The notes beneath the pieces are model-generated. The model did not search any database. It saw nothing but the letters and a program-made list of their open reading frames with translations, and was not told the DNA's origin. Below, one piece after another: positions 1 to 13,820 of a DNA stretch of 64,000 nt (position 1 is the first letter of the stretch; the number at the start of each line of letters is the position of its first letter). The DNA lies in assembly GCA_963833225.1 (NCBI GenBank), contig CAWHXD010000007.1:96001-160000 (forward strand), read 5' to 3'. The stretch comes from an uncultured Chloroflexia bacterium (GTDB taxonomy: Bacteria; Chloroflexota; Limnocylindria; Limnocylindrales; CSP1-4). The position numbers were made by a program, and so were the translations under genes.

Positions 1-403
1 CCCTTCGGAATGTCAGGCGCGCCGCCGGGGCATCGAACAGCCAGTCCACGACGATCACGATGGGCATCAGCTCATGGACGACCGTGTTCACCCAGGGGAT
101 CGCCGTGTCGACGTCGGTGCCCGAGAGCAGGAGGGTGAACACGATGGCGGTCACGCTCATGTAGACGACCGCACCGCCGCGCACGAGGTCGAGGGCGGCG
201 GATCTCCCGCTCCGCCATCGCGCCGCTCCCACCAGCAGGGCGACCGTGGCGATCAGGTTGCTCTGGATCGTGAAGTAGCTGAAGTAGTTGACCGGGTTCA
301 GCACGCCTCGGTCCGCGAGATCGAGCAGCTGGACCACGATCGCGACCACCGCCAACAGGCCGAACCCAAGGCGGCACGTGGCGATGGCCAGGCGCCGATT
401 CAT
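1..403 (-). CDS. Pr6Pr/FAR-17a-like integral membrane protein (3' end outside window)
   Basis: Manual translation from ATG at 403: MNRRLAIATCRLGFGLLAVVAIVVQL...NYFSYFTIQSNL...LVRGGAVVYMSVTAIVF...VVHELMP; FFSYFTxxSN and HxxxP motifs, several TM helices. Confidence 0.75.
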   Translation of the reverse strand, partial: MNRRLAIATCRLGFGLLAVVAIVVQLLDLADRGVLNPVNYFSYFTIQSNLIATVALLVGAARWRSGRSAALDLVRGGAVVYMSVTAIVFTLLLSGTDVDTAIPWVNTVVHELMPIVIVVDWLFDAPAARLTFRR

Positions 404-570
404 GGCGCGGAGTCTAGCAGCGAGCAAACGTGCCACAAACGGTGCAGGCGCTCGCTGCGCCCGGCGAGCACCGCCGCAGCCAACGACATCGCGCTGTCCC
501 TGGACCCCAACTGTCAGGCAATCATCCAACGGGCTCGTCGAGGCCGTGAGCCAGGCGCTACGATGCGGCA

Positions 571-1101
571 ATGATCGATCTCGTGCTCACGCTCATCGGT
601 CCGGACCATCCCGGCATCGTCGACTCCGTGTCGGAGGTCGTCGCCGCCCACGGCGGCAACTGGCTTGAGAGCCGGATGGCGCACCTCGCGGGCAAGTTTG
701 CCGGCGTGCTGTGCGTGGAGGTCGCCGACGAGCGGGTGGTGGCGCTCGAGGAGGCGCTCGCCCGTCTCGAGGTCAGCGGGCTCACGGTTGTCGTCGAGCG
801 GAGCGCGCCCGCCGAGGTTCCCCGACCCCATGCGATGGAGATCGAGCTGCTCGGCCTCGACCGGCCCGGACTGGTCCACGAGGTCTCGGCCCTGCTCGCC
901 GCGAACGGGGTCAACGTCGAGGAGCTCGACACCGATCGCCCCCCGGCCGCCCACTCCGGCGACCAGATGTTCCACGCCCACATCCGCGTGATCATCCCCG
1001 AGACCGTGGACGTGGCTGCCATCCGCCACGGCATGGAGCGCCTCGCTGGCGACCTGATGGTGGAGATCCGGCTCGCCGAGCCCCTGGGCACCCCGCGCTG
1101 A
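571..1101 (+). CDS. GcvR-like glycine cleavage system regulator (tandem ACT domains)
   Basis: LVLTLIGPDHPGIV...GGNWLESRMAHLAGKFAG and second ACT domain GLDRPGLVHEVS...VNVEEL. Confidence 0.85.
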   Translation: MIDLVLTLIGPDHPGIVDSVSEVVAAHGGNWLESRMAHLAGKFAGVLCVEVADERVVALEEALARLEVSGLTVVVERSAPAEVPRPHAMEIELLGLDRPGLVHEVSALLAANGVNVEELDTDRPPAAHSGDQMFHAHIRVIIPETVDVAAIRHGMERLAGDLMVEIRLAEPLGTPR

Positions 1102-1158
1102 ATCTGCGCCTCGGTCGCCTGGCCCCGACCATCAAGACCTCGACCACGTCCGCGGTCG

Positions 1159-2139
1159 TCAGGCTCGCTTCGCCCGATCCCCATCCTCGAAGACGGCCTG
1201 GCGCGGGCGTTCCCGGCGCACGGTCAAGGCGAACACGTCGGGTCGGCTGTAATGGCCCGCAGCATCGAGGGTCCGGTGGGCGCGGTCCGCGGTTGCCGGG
1301 TCGCAGTCCGCGTAGAGGATCCCGTGTTCCCCGCGCAGAGGGCCCGCGACCACCGCGCCGCCGGGCGCGACGATCACGGAGTCGCCGGGGTTCAGCCACT
1401 CGTCGGGATCGGGATACAGGCGGCCCCGCTCGGGGAACGAGTCCGGGATGTCGCGGGCCTGCCATGAGCAGCCGGCCCCAAGAACCCAGCAGCGCCCCTC
1501 GGCCGCGACGTGGCGCATCGTCGCGACCCACGTGTCGCCCTCATCCCAGGTCGGTGCGACGTACAGCTGGATGCCTTGGGCGTACAGGGCGAAGCGCGCG
1601 AGCGGCATGTAGTTCTCCCAGCACACGAGTCCGCCCACCCGGCCCAGGGGCGTGTCGACGACCCGCAACCCGGCCGCGTCGCCGGGACCCCAGACCATCC
1701 GCTCCGGGTTTGTCGGGACCAGCTTGCGGTGGACGTTGAGGACGACCCCGTCCGGCCCGATCGTGACCATCGTGTTGTAGAGGGTGGCGCGCGAGTACGC
1801 CCCGTCGCGTTCGTGGATACCGATGACCACGACGACGTCTCGCTCCCGGGCGGCCTCCTGGATTGCGGAGAGGTCGCCAGCGCCGAGGTCGACAGCGGCG
1901 GCCAGCAGTCGTGCGTGCAACTCCTGGGCCAAGGCGTAGTCGTCGCCGGGTCGGAGGCGCCAGATGTACTCGGGGTATCCAGGGACGTAGGTCTCGGGGA
2001 ACACGACGAGGCCGGCACCCGCGTCGGCGGCCTCGTGCAGGGCGGCGACGGCCCGCTCGATGGTCGCCACGCGGTCGAGCGCGACGGGCGGGCGCTGGAC
2101 CACCGCGACCCGATGTCGCCCGGTGTCGGTGTCGGTCAT
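1159..2139 (-). CDS. Nitrilase (carbon-nitrogen hydrolase family)
   Basis: Glu-Lys-Cys triad motifs VFPETYVPGYP, HRKLVPTNPER, VCWENYMP; C-terminal DAAGHYSRPD. Confidence 0.9.
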   Translation of the reverse strand: MTDTDTGRHRVAVVQRPPVALDRVATIERAVAALHEAADAGAGLVVFPETYVPGYPEYIWRLRPGDDYALAQELHARLLAAAVDLGAGDLSAIQEAARERDVVVVIGIHERDGAYSRATLYNTMVTIGPDGVVLNVHRKLVPTNPERMVWGPGDAAGLRVVDTPLGRVGGLVCWENYMPLARFALYAQGIQLYVAPTWDEGDTWVATMRHVAAEGRCWVLGAGCSWQARDIPDSFPERGRLYPDPDEWLNPGDSVIVAPGGAVVAGPLRGEHGILYADCDPATADRAHRTLDAAGHYSRPDVFALTVRRERPRQAVFEDGDRAKRA

Positions 2140-2301
2140 GCTCGGTGCCTCGTGTAGCGATGGGGGCCGGTACGAGGGTCTACGGTCGTGCAATCCTATG
2201 ACCCGCGCGCAACGCGCCGGCTGAAGGCCCTCGACTCGCGCGCATCGCACCTGGTCGCCGAACAAGTCGATGCACTCGATCGTTCGGCGCGACGCGATCC
2301 G

Positions 2302-6137
<3,836 letters not shown>

Positions 6138-6321
6138 AGGGTCCTGTGGCGCGCCACGCGGCGCGGTCTGGCGGAGGTCGGCGGGTGCGGCGCACGACCA
6201 ACGGGGGGAGGTCGTGCCCCGGAGCTCGGGGACTCCTCTGACCATCGGCCGAGCAGCCTCGTCCGTCCACCGCCCGATTCGCCCATGCAGGCCCGTCGAT
6301 AGGCCTACGGCCCGCCACGCC

Positions 6322-6489
6322 TACGCTCGCGACATCGAAGCGGGTCTCCGGCCTGCCGGGACCTCCTGGGATCTGAAGAGACGGTTCGCACCCCGACCGA
6401 GGGAGCCCCGCGAGCCCGCCGAGTTCCTGCGCGACCCGGATGGGCACTGCGTCGAGATCGTGGCGAAGGTGGGACTCGCGGCCGGGTGA
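6322..6489 (+). pseudogene. Remnant of VOC/glyoxalase-family gene (frameshifted, internally deleted)
   Basis: Across frames: YARDIEAGLR / RDLLGSEETVRTPTEGAP / FLRDPDGHCVEIVAK, the N- and C-terminal VOC motifs without the middle. Confidence 0.55.
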
Positions 6490-6690
6490 CGTTGGACGAT
6501 GGCACTGGTGACGCGTCAGGTCGCGCCTGCCGCCATCTCAGTCCAGGTCCTGGCTGACCCCAACCGTCATCCGCCACCGGCGAGGCGGTCCTTCACGCGT
6601 CGGGACTATCCTTCGTGCGCAACGGGGCGCCCGGGACCGCGCGACGGAGACGGCGGACTGGCCGATGGCTTCCCGTCAGGAGGCGACGTC

Positions 6691-6924
6691 ATGGCCATCG
6701 AGTCGGCGCGCTGCCCGGACTGTGGTCAGGATCTGCACGGCGACGGGCCGTGCCCTCCGCGGCCGCTGCCCGAGATCGAGATCCTGGTCTCCGGGCCCTG
6801 CAAATGCCTGCCCGAGCCCCAGGGCGACTGGGTCGCATGCGCCCACTGCGGGCTGCCGCAGCTGCCGGGCAAGGCGTTCTGCAGCTTCTGCGGGCACCGG
6901 TGGCTGACGGCATCGGCGGGCTGA
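6691..6924 (+). CDS. Small Cys-rich zinc-ribbon protein (77 aa)
   Basis: AGGAGG RBS; CPDC..H..C, CKC, CAHC, FCSFCG motifs. Confidence 0.7.
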   Translation: MAIESARCPDCGQDLHGDGPCPPRPLPEIEILVSGPCKCLPEPQGDWVACAHCGLPQLPGKAFCSFCGHRWLTASAG

Positions 6925-6975
6925 GCCGGCTCCGCGGGCATCGGCCCCCGGGAACTCGCCGATGCCCTGACGCCC

Positions 6976-8052
6976 GTGCCTGAGCGGACCCGCCTGCACG
7001 AGGCGACCCTGGATCCTGCGGTGTTCGGCCCGACCGCGACCGGGTTCCGGCGCTCGAAACACCTGGGACGATCCTGCCTGCGCTTCGACGACGGGCTACT
7101 GACGCCGACGCTGCCCGATGTCGTACTGGCCGACGGCGTCGTGGAGGTCGACCTGGCGGTCACGCGGGAGCGCGCGTTCCACGGGGTCGCCTGGCGTGTC
7201 CAGGGCAGCGAGGACTTCGAGTCATTCTTCGTCCGGCCGCACCAGGTCGGCAACCCTGACGCCGTCCAGTACACGCCGGTCAACCACGGGATCTCCAGTT
7301 GGCAGCTCTACCACGGGCCAGGGTTCTGGGCGCCGGTCGCCTTCCCGATCGAGGCATGGTTCACGATCCGGGTCGCGTTCTCGGGCCCGCGCGCCGACGT
7401 GTACGTGGGCGACCTGTCGACGCCCGCCCTGCGGATCGTCGAGCTCAAGCGGCCTCCGGCTGCGGGCGGCGTCGGCCTTCTCGTCGGCGGAGCCGGTCTG
7501 CGCGTCGCCCGCCTTGCCTGGAGCTCGGAGCGGCCCATCCTGGCCGAGCTGGTGCGCCCGCCCGAGTCGGCGCACCCGGATGCCATCCGCGGCTGGGAGA
7601 TCTCCGATCCGTTCTCCGAGGATGAGGTCGCCGGCGTGGCGCAACTGCCGCCCGGCGTCGTCGCCGGGCGAAGCTGGGCGCCATTCGTCGCCGAGCCGTC
7701 CGGCCTGCTGGACCTGTCCCGCGCACACGGGATCCGCGATGGACGGAACACCGTCCTGGTGCGCACGACCGTCCATGCGACCGTCGCCCAGGTCGCTCCG
7801 CTGAGGCTCGGCTTCAGCGATCGCGCCGTGGCGTTCCTCAACGGGCAGGCGCTGTTCCGGGGCGACGACTCTTATCGATCGAGGGACTACCGGTTCCTGG
7901 GCAGCATCGGTTACTGGGACACGGTCTATCTGCCCTTGCGAGCCGGCGCCAACGACCTGGTGATCGCGGTCTCGGAGGACCTCGGCGGCTGGGGGGTCCA
8001 GGCCCGGATCGACAAGGTGGCCGGCCCCGCGGCGGGCGAGGCCTCCGCGTAG
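6976..8052 (+). CDS. Hypothetical protein (DUF1080/concanavalin-like N-domain plus beta-sandwich C-domain)
   Basis: 358-aa ORF with GC3 bias; DGVVEVD..F.GVAWRVQ..FESFFVRPH; C-terminal LGFSD..AFLNG..L.AGANDLVIAV. Confidence 0.6.
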   Translation: MPERTRLHEATLDPAVFGPTATGFRRSKHLGRSCLRFDDGLLTPTLPDVVLADGVVEVDLAVTRERAFHGVAWRVQGSEDFESFFVRPHQVGNPDAVQYTPVNHGISSWQLYHGPGFWAPVAFPIEAWFTIRVAFSGPRADVYVGDLSTPALRIVELKRPPAAGGVGLLVGGAGLRVARLAWSSERPILAELVRPPESAHPDAIRGWEISDPFSEDEVAGVAQLPPGVVAGRSWAPFVAEPSGLLDLSRAHGIRDGRNTVLVRTTVHATVAQVAPLRLGFSDRAVAFLNGQALFRGDDSYRSRDYRFLGSIGYWDTVYLPLRAGANDLVIAVSEDLGGWGVQARIDKVAGPAAGEASA

Positions 8053-8061
8053 CGTGCCGGT

Positions 8062-9301
8062 CTACTCCGCGTGGTCCGGGCCTCGTCCCCGGCCGAGGGC
8101 CACGAGCGCGATCCCGCTGCCCATCGCCAGCAGCGCATTCCCGTACATCGCCACCGTCAGGCCGACGGTCACGGACAGCAAGCCCATCGCGGGCGGGTAG
8201 ATCGTCGATCCGACGACCGCCATGCCAGCCAGCGATCCGCCGACGGCCGCCGAGCGCTGGGGATACCGGTCGCCGCCGAGGGCGACGATCATCGGGAACA
8301 CGGGACCCGACGCCACGCCGGCCGCGGCGAAGGCGGCGATCGACAGGGGCAGCGAGGGCGCCGCGACCGCGACCACGATCAGGGCGGCCATGGCCAGGGT
8401 GCAGGCGATGGTGAACCGCCGGTGGTCGAAGCGGTCTGCGATGAATGCGGAGACGAGGCGCCCGACGGTCAGCCCCGCCCAGTAGAGCGACAGCGCCAGC
8501 GTGGCGGTGGCCAGGGGGGCCGCCTCAAGGAAGCGCACGATCCAGTTCGAGACGCCGATCTCCGCCGCCACGTACACCGCGATCGCGACCCCCAGCAGCA
8601 ACAGGGGACCCGCCAGCAGCGAGGGCCCGTCGTCGCGGTGCGGAACGTCCCCGCCCGCTGCGCCCGCGCTCGCAGGCGCCACCGAGCGCGCCCTCCGGCC
8701 GCCCGGCATGGGCACCAGGACATACGCGACCGCCAGCAGTGACAGGACGACACCAGTGCCGACCACCACGTTCTGCCAAGGGATGCCGCTCCCCACCAGC
8801 AGCCCCACGACGAGCGGCGCGGCAAGCGCCCCGACGCCAAACGACACGTGCAGCAGGCTCATCGCCTGCCCGCGGCCCTCGCGGTACACGTCGAGGACGA
8901 GCCCGTTCGCGCCACCGTCCAGGCAGCCGGTGCCGACGCCCAAGGTCATGGCCGCGAGCACGAATACCGGCCAGGCAGGGGCCAGGCCGAGTCCCGCCGC
9001 GCCGAGCCCGGTGACGATCACGGCGCCGCCGAGGACGAGGCGACGGCCCAGGCGCTCCGTGAGCGCACCACCGGCGAACGACCCGGACGCGTAGGCGATG
9101 GCGTGAGACCAGGTAGACGAACCCGATCCCGGCGTCGTCCTGTCCGAATCTCGCCTGGATCGATCGGATGAGCGACGGGATGAGCAGGCCGGACCAGCCG
9201 CAGGCGAGCAGGGTCACCCACGCGATCACGCCCGCCGCGAGGCGCGCTCGTGGGCGCTCGTGGCGGCCGGTGGGCGCGATGCCGCCGCCGGTGGGCGCCA
9301 T
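8062..9301 (-). CDS. MFS transporter (frameshift near 9105, probably sequencing error)
   Basis: Joined frames: GLLIPSLIRSIQARFGQDDAGIG, motif A GALTERLGRR, MSLLHVSFGVGALAAP, YVAAEIG, ASGPVFP. Confidence 0.8.
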
Positions 9302-9572
9302 GCCGCCCGCGCGGGGGTCAGGACGCAGAACGGCGAAGAGAAGCACGATGACCCGAGGGTACGTTCTGTCGGCGCGCCCAGGGAAGGGCGTTCCGGCCAT
9401 TCGCCGTGGTGGCGAGGCAGGCCCTGATCACGCGCGGCGCGCCGAGGCGTCAGCGGCGGACGGCGCCAGGGATCGCACCCATCCGCTCACCCTGCCCATT
9501 CGAACCGACCGACATGGAGCAGTGATGGAGCCCGCATGGGAATCGCGGGACTTGCGCTGGTACGCTCCGTCA

Positions 9573-10406
9573 ATGAAGACACCGACGGGCCGCACCGACC
9601 GATTCCATGCGCTTCACCGCGAGGGCTGCTTCGTCATGCCCAACCCCTGGGACGTGGGGAGCGCGCGCCTGCTGGCGGCCCTCGGCTTCAAGGCGCTGGC
9701 GACCACGAGCTCGGGGTTTGCGTGGACGCTTGGCAAGTCCGACAACCGGGTGACCCTCGACGAGGCGCTCGAACACCTGCGCGTGGTCGCCGCCTCGGTC
9801 GACGTCCCGGTCAACGCCGACTTCGAGGGCGGGTTCGCCGTCGAGCCCGACGCCATTGCGGCGAATGTCACGCGTGCCGCGGCGACGGGGATCGCCGGGC
9901 TATCGATCGAGGATTCGAGTGGCGATCCACAACGGCCGCTGTTTGACTTCGACCGTTCGGTCGCCCGAATTCGCGCCGCCCGGAGCGCGATCGACGATCA
10001 TGGCGGCGGGGTGCTGCTGACCGGCCGCTCGGAGGGGTACGTCGTGGGCCGGCCCAACCTGCCGGACACGATCCGCCGCCTGGAGGCCTACGCGGACGCG
10101 GGCGCCGACTGCCTCTACGCACCCCGGCTCGGGACCCTCGACGAGATCGCGGCGATCGTCCGGGCCGTCGCTCCGAAGCCGGTCAACGTCCTGGTCGGCA
10201 GCGATTTCACGACGGTGGCCGCGCTCGCGGACCTCGGCGTGCGGCGGATCAGCGTGGGCGGAGGACTTGCCCGGGTGGCGTGGGGCGCGTTCCTGGAGGC
10301 CGCGACGGAGATCGCCGATCGCGGGACGTTCACGGGGCTCACCCGCGGGATCCCCTTCGCGGAGATCGACGGAGCCTTCGCAGGGACTCCCGACTCGCGA
10401 TCCTGA
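9573..10406 (+). CDS. Isocitrate lyase/PEP mutase family protein
   Basis: MPNPWDVGSARLL..LGFKALATTSSG, PVNADFEGGF, GLSIED, AYADAGADCLYAP. Confidence 0.9.
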   Translation: MKTPTGRTDRFHALHREGCFVMPNPWDVGSARLLAALGFKALATTSSGFAWTLGKSDNRVTLDEALEHLRVVAASVDVPVNADFEGGFAVEPDAIAANVTRAAATGIAGLSIEDSSGDPQRPLFDFDRSVARIRAARSAIDDHGGGVLLTGRSEGYVVGRPNLPDTIRRLEAYADAGADCLYAPRLGTLDEIAAIVRAVAPKPVNVLVGSDFTTVAALADLGVRRISVGGGLARVAWGAFLEAATEIADRGTFTGLTRGIPFAEIDGAFAGTPDSRS

Positions 10407-10447
10407 GACCGAGGCCAGGGACCGGTCGAAGCCCTACCTCGTGATCT

Positions 10448-11093
10448 TCACCGCGTGATCTTCGTCTCCGGCTCGCGCCTGGCAATGAGGACCGCGTCGA
10501 TCGGCGCCGGGGCCTCCGACCCGGGACGGCGCATGGTCGCGGCGCGCATGACGCTGAACGCCGGCGGCAGATCGCTGGCGATCTCGGCGGGCGTGAACAG
10601 CACCTCGGGGTCCTGTGGGCCACCCACTCCGTCGACAAGGTTCGAGCGATCGTGTGCGACCACCAGCAGGGTGCCGCCGGGTGCCACCGCGGTCGCCGCG
10701 CGCGCATAGACCGCGCGTCGCTCGGCCGTTGGCAGGTGGATGAACATGAGGACGACGAGGTCGAACACCGCCGCCGGCGGCGTCCAGCTCGAGCAGGTCC
10801 TCTCGCAGCCACGTCACGTCCTGGCCCGAGGCCGCCGTGAGCGCTCGGCCGCGCTCGACGGCGACGGTCGAGAAGTCCACCGCGGTCACCCGCCAGCCGT
10901 GCGTCGCGAGCCAGCTGGCGTTGCGGCCGTCACCCGCGCCCAGGTCCAGCGCCGACCCCGGCGCCAGTGCCGTGGCCGTCTCGATGAGCGTGGGGTCGGC
11001 ATGCCGGGACTCGATTGGGTCGCGCGCCGCATGTCTGGCGTCCCACATCTCCGCTCGCGTGCGGTCGGCGCCCTCCGGCGTCTCCCGGCTCAT
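10448..11093 (-). CDS. Class I SAM-dependent methyltransferase (frameshift near 10790)
   Basis: ALDLGAGDGRNASWLATHGWRVTAVDFS; second frame FDLVVLMFIHLP..APGGTLLVVAHD..GGPQDP; ATGA overlap with sigma gene. Confidence 0.85.
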
Positions 11094-11905
11094 GGCCGTC
11101 CCCGCCCGGGCTGTGCGTCGAGGTGGGCGCGGATCCTTCCGGCCATCGCGTCCTCCACCACCGTATCGGGATCGCGGAGACCCCCGAGGCCGGCCCGGAC
11201 ACCGACCAGGCTGGCATACAGCGGTGGGCACGTGGGGCAGGTCTCGAGATGCGTCTCGACCGCGGCCCGCGTGTCGGGATCCAGCTCGCCGTCGAGGTAG
11301 GCCGAGACGTGCCGTCGCGCCCGCCAGCAGCGCAGCGGCTGGGCGAGGCTCGCGAGGCGCCGTTCGTCCCCTTCGGCAAGGGCGCTCACCAGCATCATCC
11401 GTCCCCTTCGCAACCGCTGTTTCGTCGCCGGAAGGCCGGCATCCATGGCGTGCGCGATCTCCGGCGCCGTCCAGCCAACGACATCGTGGAGGACGACCGG
11501 CACCCGGTAGATGACGGGCAGGCGCGCCAGGGCGTCCTCGAGCTCGTCGTGCAGCTCGGCCCGCTCCAGCACGCGCTCCGGCGCCACCGAGTACTGGTCG
11601 TCACGCCAGTCGGCCTCCACGGCGTCGATGTCGAGCTCATCGCGATGGACGCGGGACCGGTCGATGACCCGGTTCACGAGGCTCCGCCGGAGCCACGCGG
11701 ACAGCGCCGCGGGATCGCGCAGCTGGTCCTGGCGACGCCACGCTCCAACGATCGTCTCCTGCGCGCAGTCTTCCGCCTGGTCCGCGTCACGGACCAGTCG
11801 GGTCGCGAGACGGACGAGCCTCGGAAGCTGGTCTGCAAGGGCCGCGGCAAAGGCGTCGGCGCTGGGTCGGTCTTCGCGGGCTGGCGGGGTCGCGGCTGGG
11901 GTCAT
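11090..11905 (-). CDS. ECF sigma factor with C-terminal fused zinc-finger anti-sigma (zf-HC2/ZAS) domain
   Basis: Region 2 AEDCAQET..AW..LSAWL; region 4 LARLPVIYRVPVVLHDVVGW..EIA..TKQRLRRGR; C-terminal VSAYLDGEL..HLETCPTC (HxxxCxxC). Confidence 0.9.
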   Translation of the reverse strand: MTPAATPPAREDRPSADAFAAALADQLPRLVRLATRLVRDADQAEDCAQETIVGAWRRQDQLRDPAALSAWLRRSLVNRVIDRSRVHRDELDIDAVEADWRDDQYSVAPERVLERAELHDELEDALARLPVIYRVPVVLHDVVGWTAPEIAHAMDAGLPATKQRLRRGRMMLVSALAEGDERRLASLAQPLRCWRARRHVSAYLDGELDPDTRAAVETHLETCPTCPPLYASLVGVRAGLGGLRDPDTVVEDAMAGRIRAHLDAQPGRGRP

Positions 11906-11930
11906 CGGCAGGACACCGGCGTTTCTCCGA

Positions 11931-12143
11931 TCAGTGGCTCGCCTTCCGGGTGCTCACGCGAAGCAGCGCGTACAGCGGGCAGAACCCAACGATACCGGTG
12001 ACGAGCAGGATCGCCGCGACGAGCCAGGCGACGTACACGATTGGCGCCGTCACGACACCCGCGATGGCGGCAGCCCCGATTCCGATCCCCAGGACGATCC
12101 GGATGATGCGATCGACGGGCGATTCATTGAAGGTCAGCTTCAT
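11931..12143 (-). CDS. DUF2892 (YgaP-like) small membrane protein
   Basis: NESPVDRIIRIVLG...LLVTGIVGFCPLYALLRVST signature. Confidence 0.9.
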   Translation of the reverse strand: MKLTFNESPVDRIIRIVLGIGIGAAAIAGVVTAPIVYVAWLVAAILLVTGIVGFCPLYALLRVSTRKASH

Positions 12144-12191
12144 GACTGGTGTCCTCGTGTCGGCGGGTCATCTACCCGCCTCTATCCGAGG

Positions 12192-12218
12192 GACGAGACC
12201 GACGCGCGAATGGATACA
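12192..12218 (-). promoter_or_regulatory. Candidate ECF-type promoter (TGTATCC-N16-CGTC) upstream of DUF2892-sigma-methyltransferase operon
   Basis: Minus strand tgtatcc attcgcgcgtcggtct cgtc, about 50 nt before the ATG; CGT -10 is typical of ECF promoters. Confidence 0.45.
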
Positions 12219-12281
12219 CGCGACCAATGGCGAATCCGCGTCCGGCGTCTTGCGGGTGGCCGGCTCCCGTACGATGGCGGG

Positions 12282-13751
12282 ATGGCTCTCCCGATCGCGC
12301 GCCGTGCGACTCGCGTCTCGACACCGCTCCTGGGGGCGTTCGTGGTGGGGGCGATCGCGTACGGCGGGCTGTACACGTTCCCGGCCCTCTCGGTTGCGGT
12401 TGCGGGCGAGTTCGGGATCAGCAGGACGCTGGCGGTCACGCCATGGACCATGTTCCTGGTCGTGACGGCCGTCGCGAGCCCGCTCCTGGGACGCGCCTAC
12501 GACGAGTGGGCGGACCGGGATCTCCTCACGGCGTCGATGGTCCTGCTCGCGGCAGGCTGGCTGGCGGTCTACCTGGCGCAGGAGATCTCGCTGCTCATCC
12601 TCGCCTACGCCGTGTTCATGGCGCTCGGCCTCCAGCTCTCGTTCATCGGGACGTCCACCGCGATCGCCCGGCGGTACGAGGGGATCTCGGGCCTGGCCCT
12701 GGGGATCGCCTATGCGGGCCCCGGGATCGGGGTCGCGATCGCCCTTCCGGTTGCGGCCGGCCTGATCGCCACCGTCGGCTGGCGCTCGATGTCGCTCGCA
12801 TTCCTCGCGACATGCCTGATCGGCGTGGTCTTCGTCTGGCTGATGACCAGTGGCCCGGCGATCGTGGTCCCGGCGCGCCGCACGAACCGTCGGCGGACGT
12901 CGGCTCCGTCGGACGTGCGCGGCGCGGCACCGGCCGTGGCCACCGGTCCAGTGGTCGCGATCGAACCCGCCCGACGCACGGACGGACCATCGCTGGCGAT
13001 CGGCGAGCCGCTGAGCGCCGGCCAGCTCGACGTGCGCGAGACCGAGGCGGCCCAGGCGGCGGGCGCCACGGGCCTTCACGAGATGTCGGCCCCGGGTGCG
13101 GTATCGGCCGCGCGCGAGATCGCGCCGGTGGGCGCCGGTGATCATCCCCGCAGCATCCGGCGCGTCGTGCGGACGCGGCGGTTCTGGGTCCTGTTCGCGG
13201 GGGCCGCGGCGATCGGGATCTTTGACGAGGGCGTGCTCCAGGCGTTCATCCCGAGCGCCGTCGCGAGCGGGCTCGGGGCCGCCTGGGCAGCCACGGCGCT
13301 GGGGCTCCAGTCGCTCGCCTATGTCGGCGGTCAGATCGCCGGCGGCTGGCTCTCGGACCACGTCGGGCGGCGGATCGTCGGTGTCGCGGCGGCGGCGGCC
13401 ATCGGTGGCGCCGTCGTGGCGGCTCTCGGCCTCGTCGGGGCAGCCCCCACGCTGGCGGTTGCCGGCATCATCGTCCACGGGATCGGCACCGGGGCGACCA
13501 TCGCCGTGCGATCGGCCGCCTTTGGTGACGTGTTCGGGGGACCCAGCTTCGGCACGATCTTCGGGTTGCTCGGCGTCGCCTACCCGATCGGTGGGACATT
13601 CGCGGTCTACGTCGGCGCGATCGCCTTCGACGCGACCGGGTCCGCCATGCCGCTCATCCCGGTGGTCCTGGTGGCGCTCGTCCTATGGGCCGTCGCCCTG
13701 TGGGTCGCGGGTCCAAGGCGCGCGGGTCGCGCGTCTCTGGCACCCGTCTGA
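12282..13751 (+). CDS. MFS transporter (MCT/OFA-like) with long central loop
   Basis: About 12 TM segments; GLALGIAYAGPGIG; GGWLSDHVGRR; DVFGGPSFGTIFG. Confidence 0.8.
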   Translation: MALPIARRATRVSTPLLGAFVVGAIAYGGLYTFPALSVAVAGEFGISRTLAVTPWTMFLVVTAVASPLLGRAYDEWADRDLLTASMVLLAAGWLAVYLAQEISLLILAYAVFMALGLQLSFIGTSTAIARRYEGISGLALGIAYAGPGIGVAIALPVAAGLIATVGWRSMSLAFLATCLIGVVFVWLMTSGPAIVVPARRTNRRRTSAPSDVRGAAPAVATGPVVAIEPARRTDGPSLAIGEPLSAGQLDVRETEAAQAAGATGLHEMSAPGAVSAAREIAPVGAGDHPRSIRRVVRTRRFWVLFAGAAAIGIFDEGVLQAFIPSAVASGLGAAWAATALGLQSLAYVGGQIAGGWLSDHVGRRIVGVAAAAAIGGAVVAALGLVGAAPTLAVAGIIVHGIGTGATIAVRSAAFGDVFGGPSFGTIFGLLGVAYPIGGTFAVYVGAIAFDATGSAMPLIPVVLVALVLWAVALWVAGPRRAGRASLAPV

Positions 13752-13820
13752 CCGCTGCCCCAGCGGCCCAGCGGCAGGTTTCCGAGCCCCGTGGCCGGCG
13801 TGGCGGGCTATGCTGCCTCG

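Noticed and set aside
6138-6500. c-di-AMP (ydaO) riboswitch upstream of the cell-wall hydrolase
   Set aside because: Conserved ydaO motifs (GGAACC, GUCAGCUAAC) were not found; part of the region is explained by a VOC remnant on the other strand.
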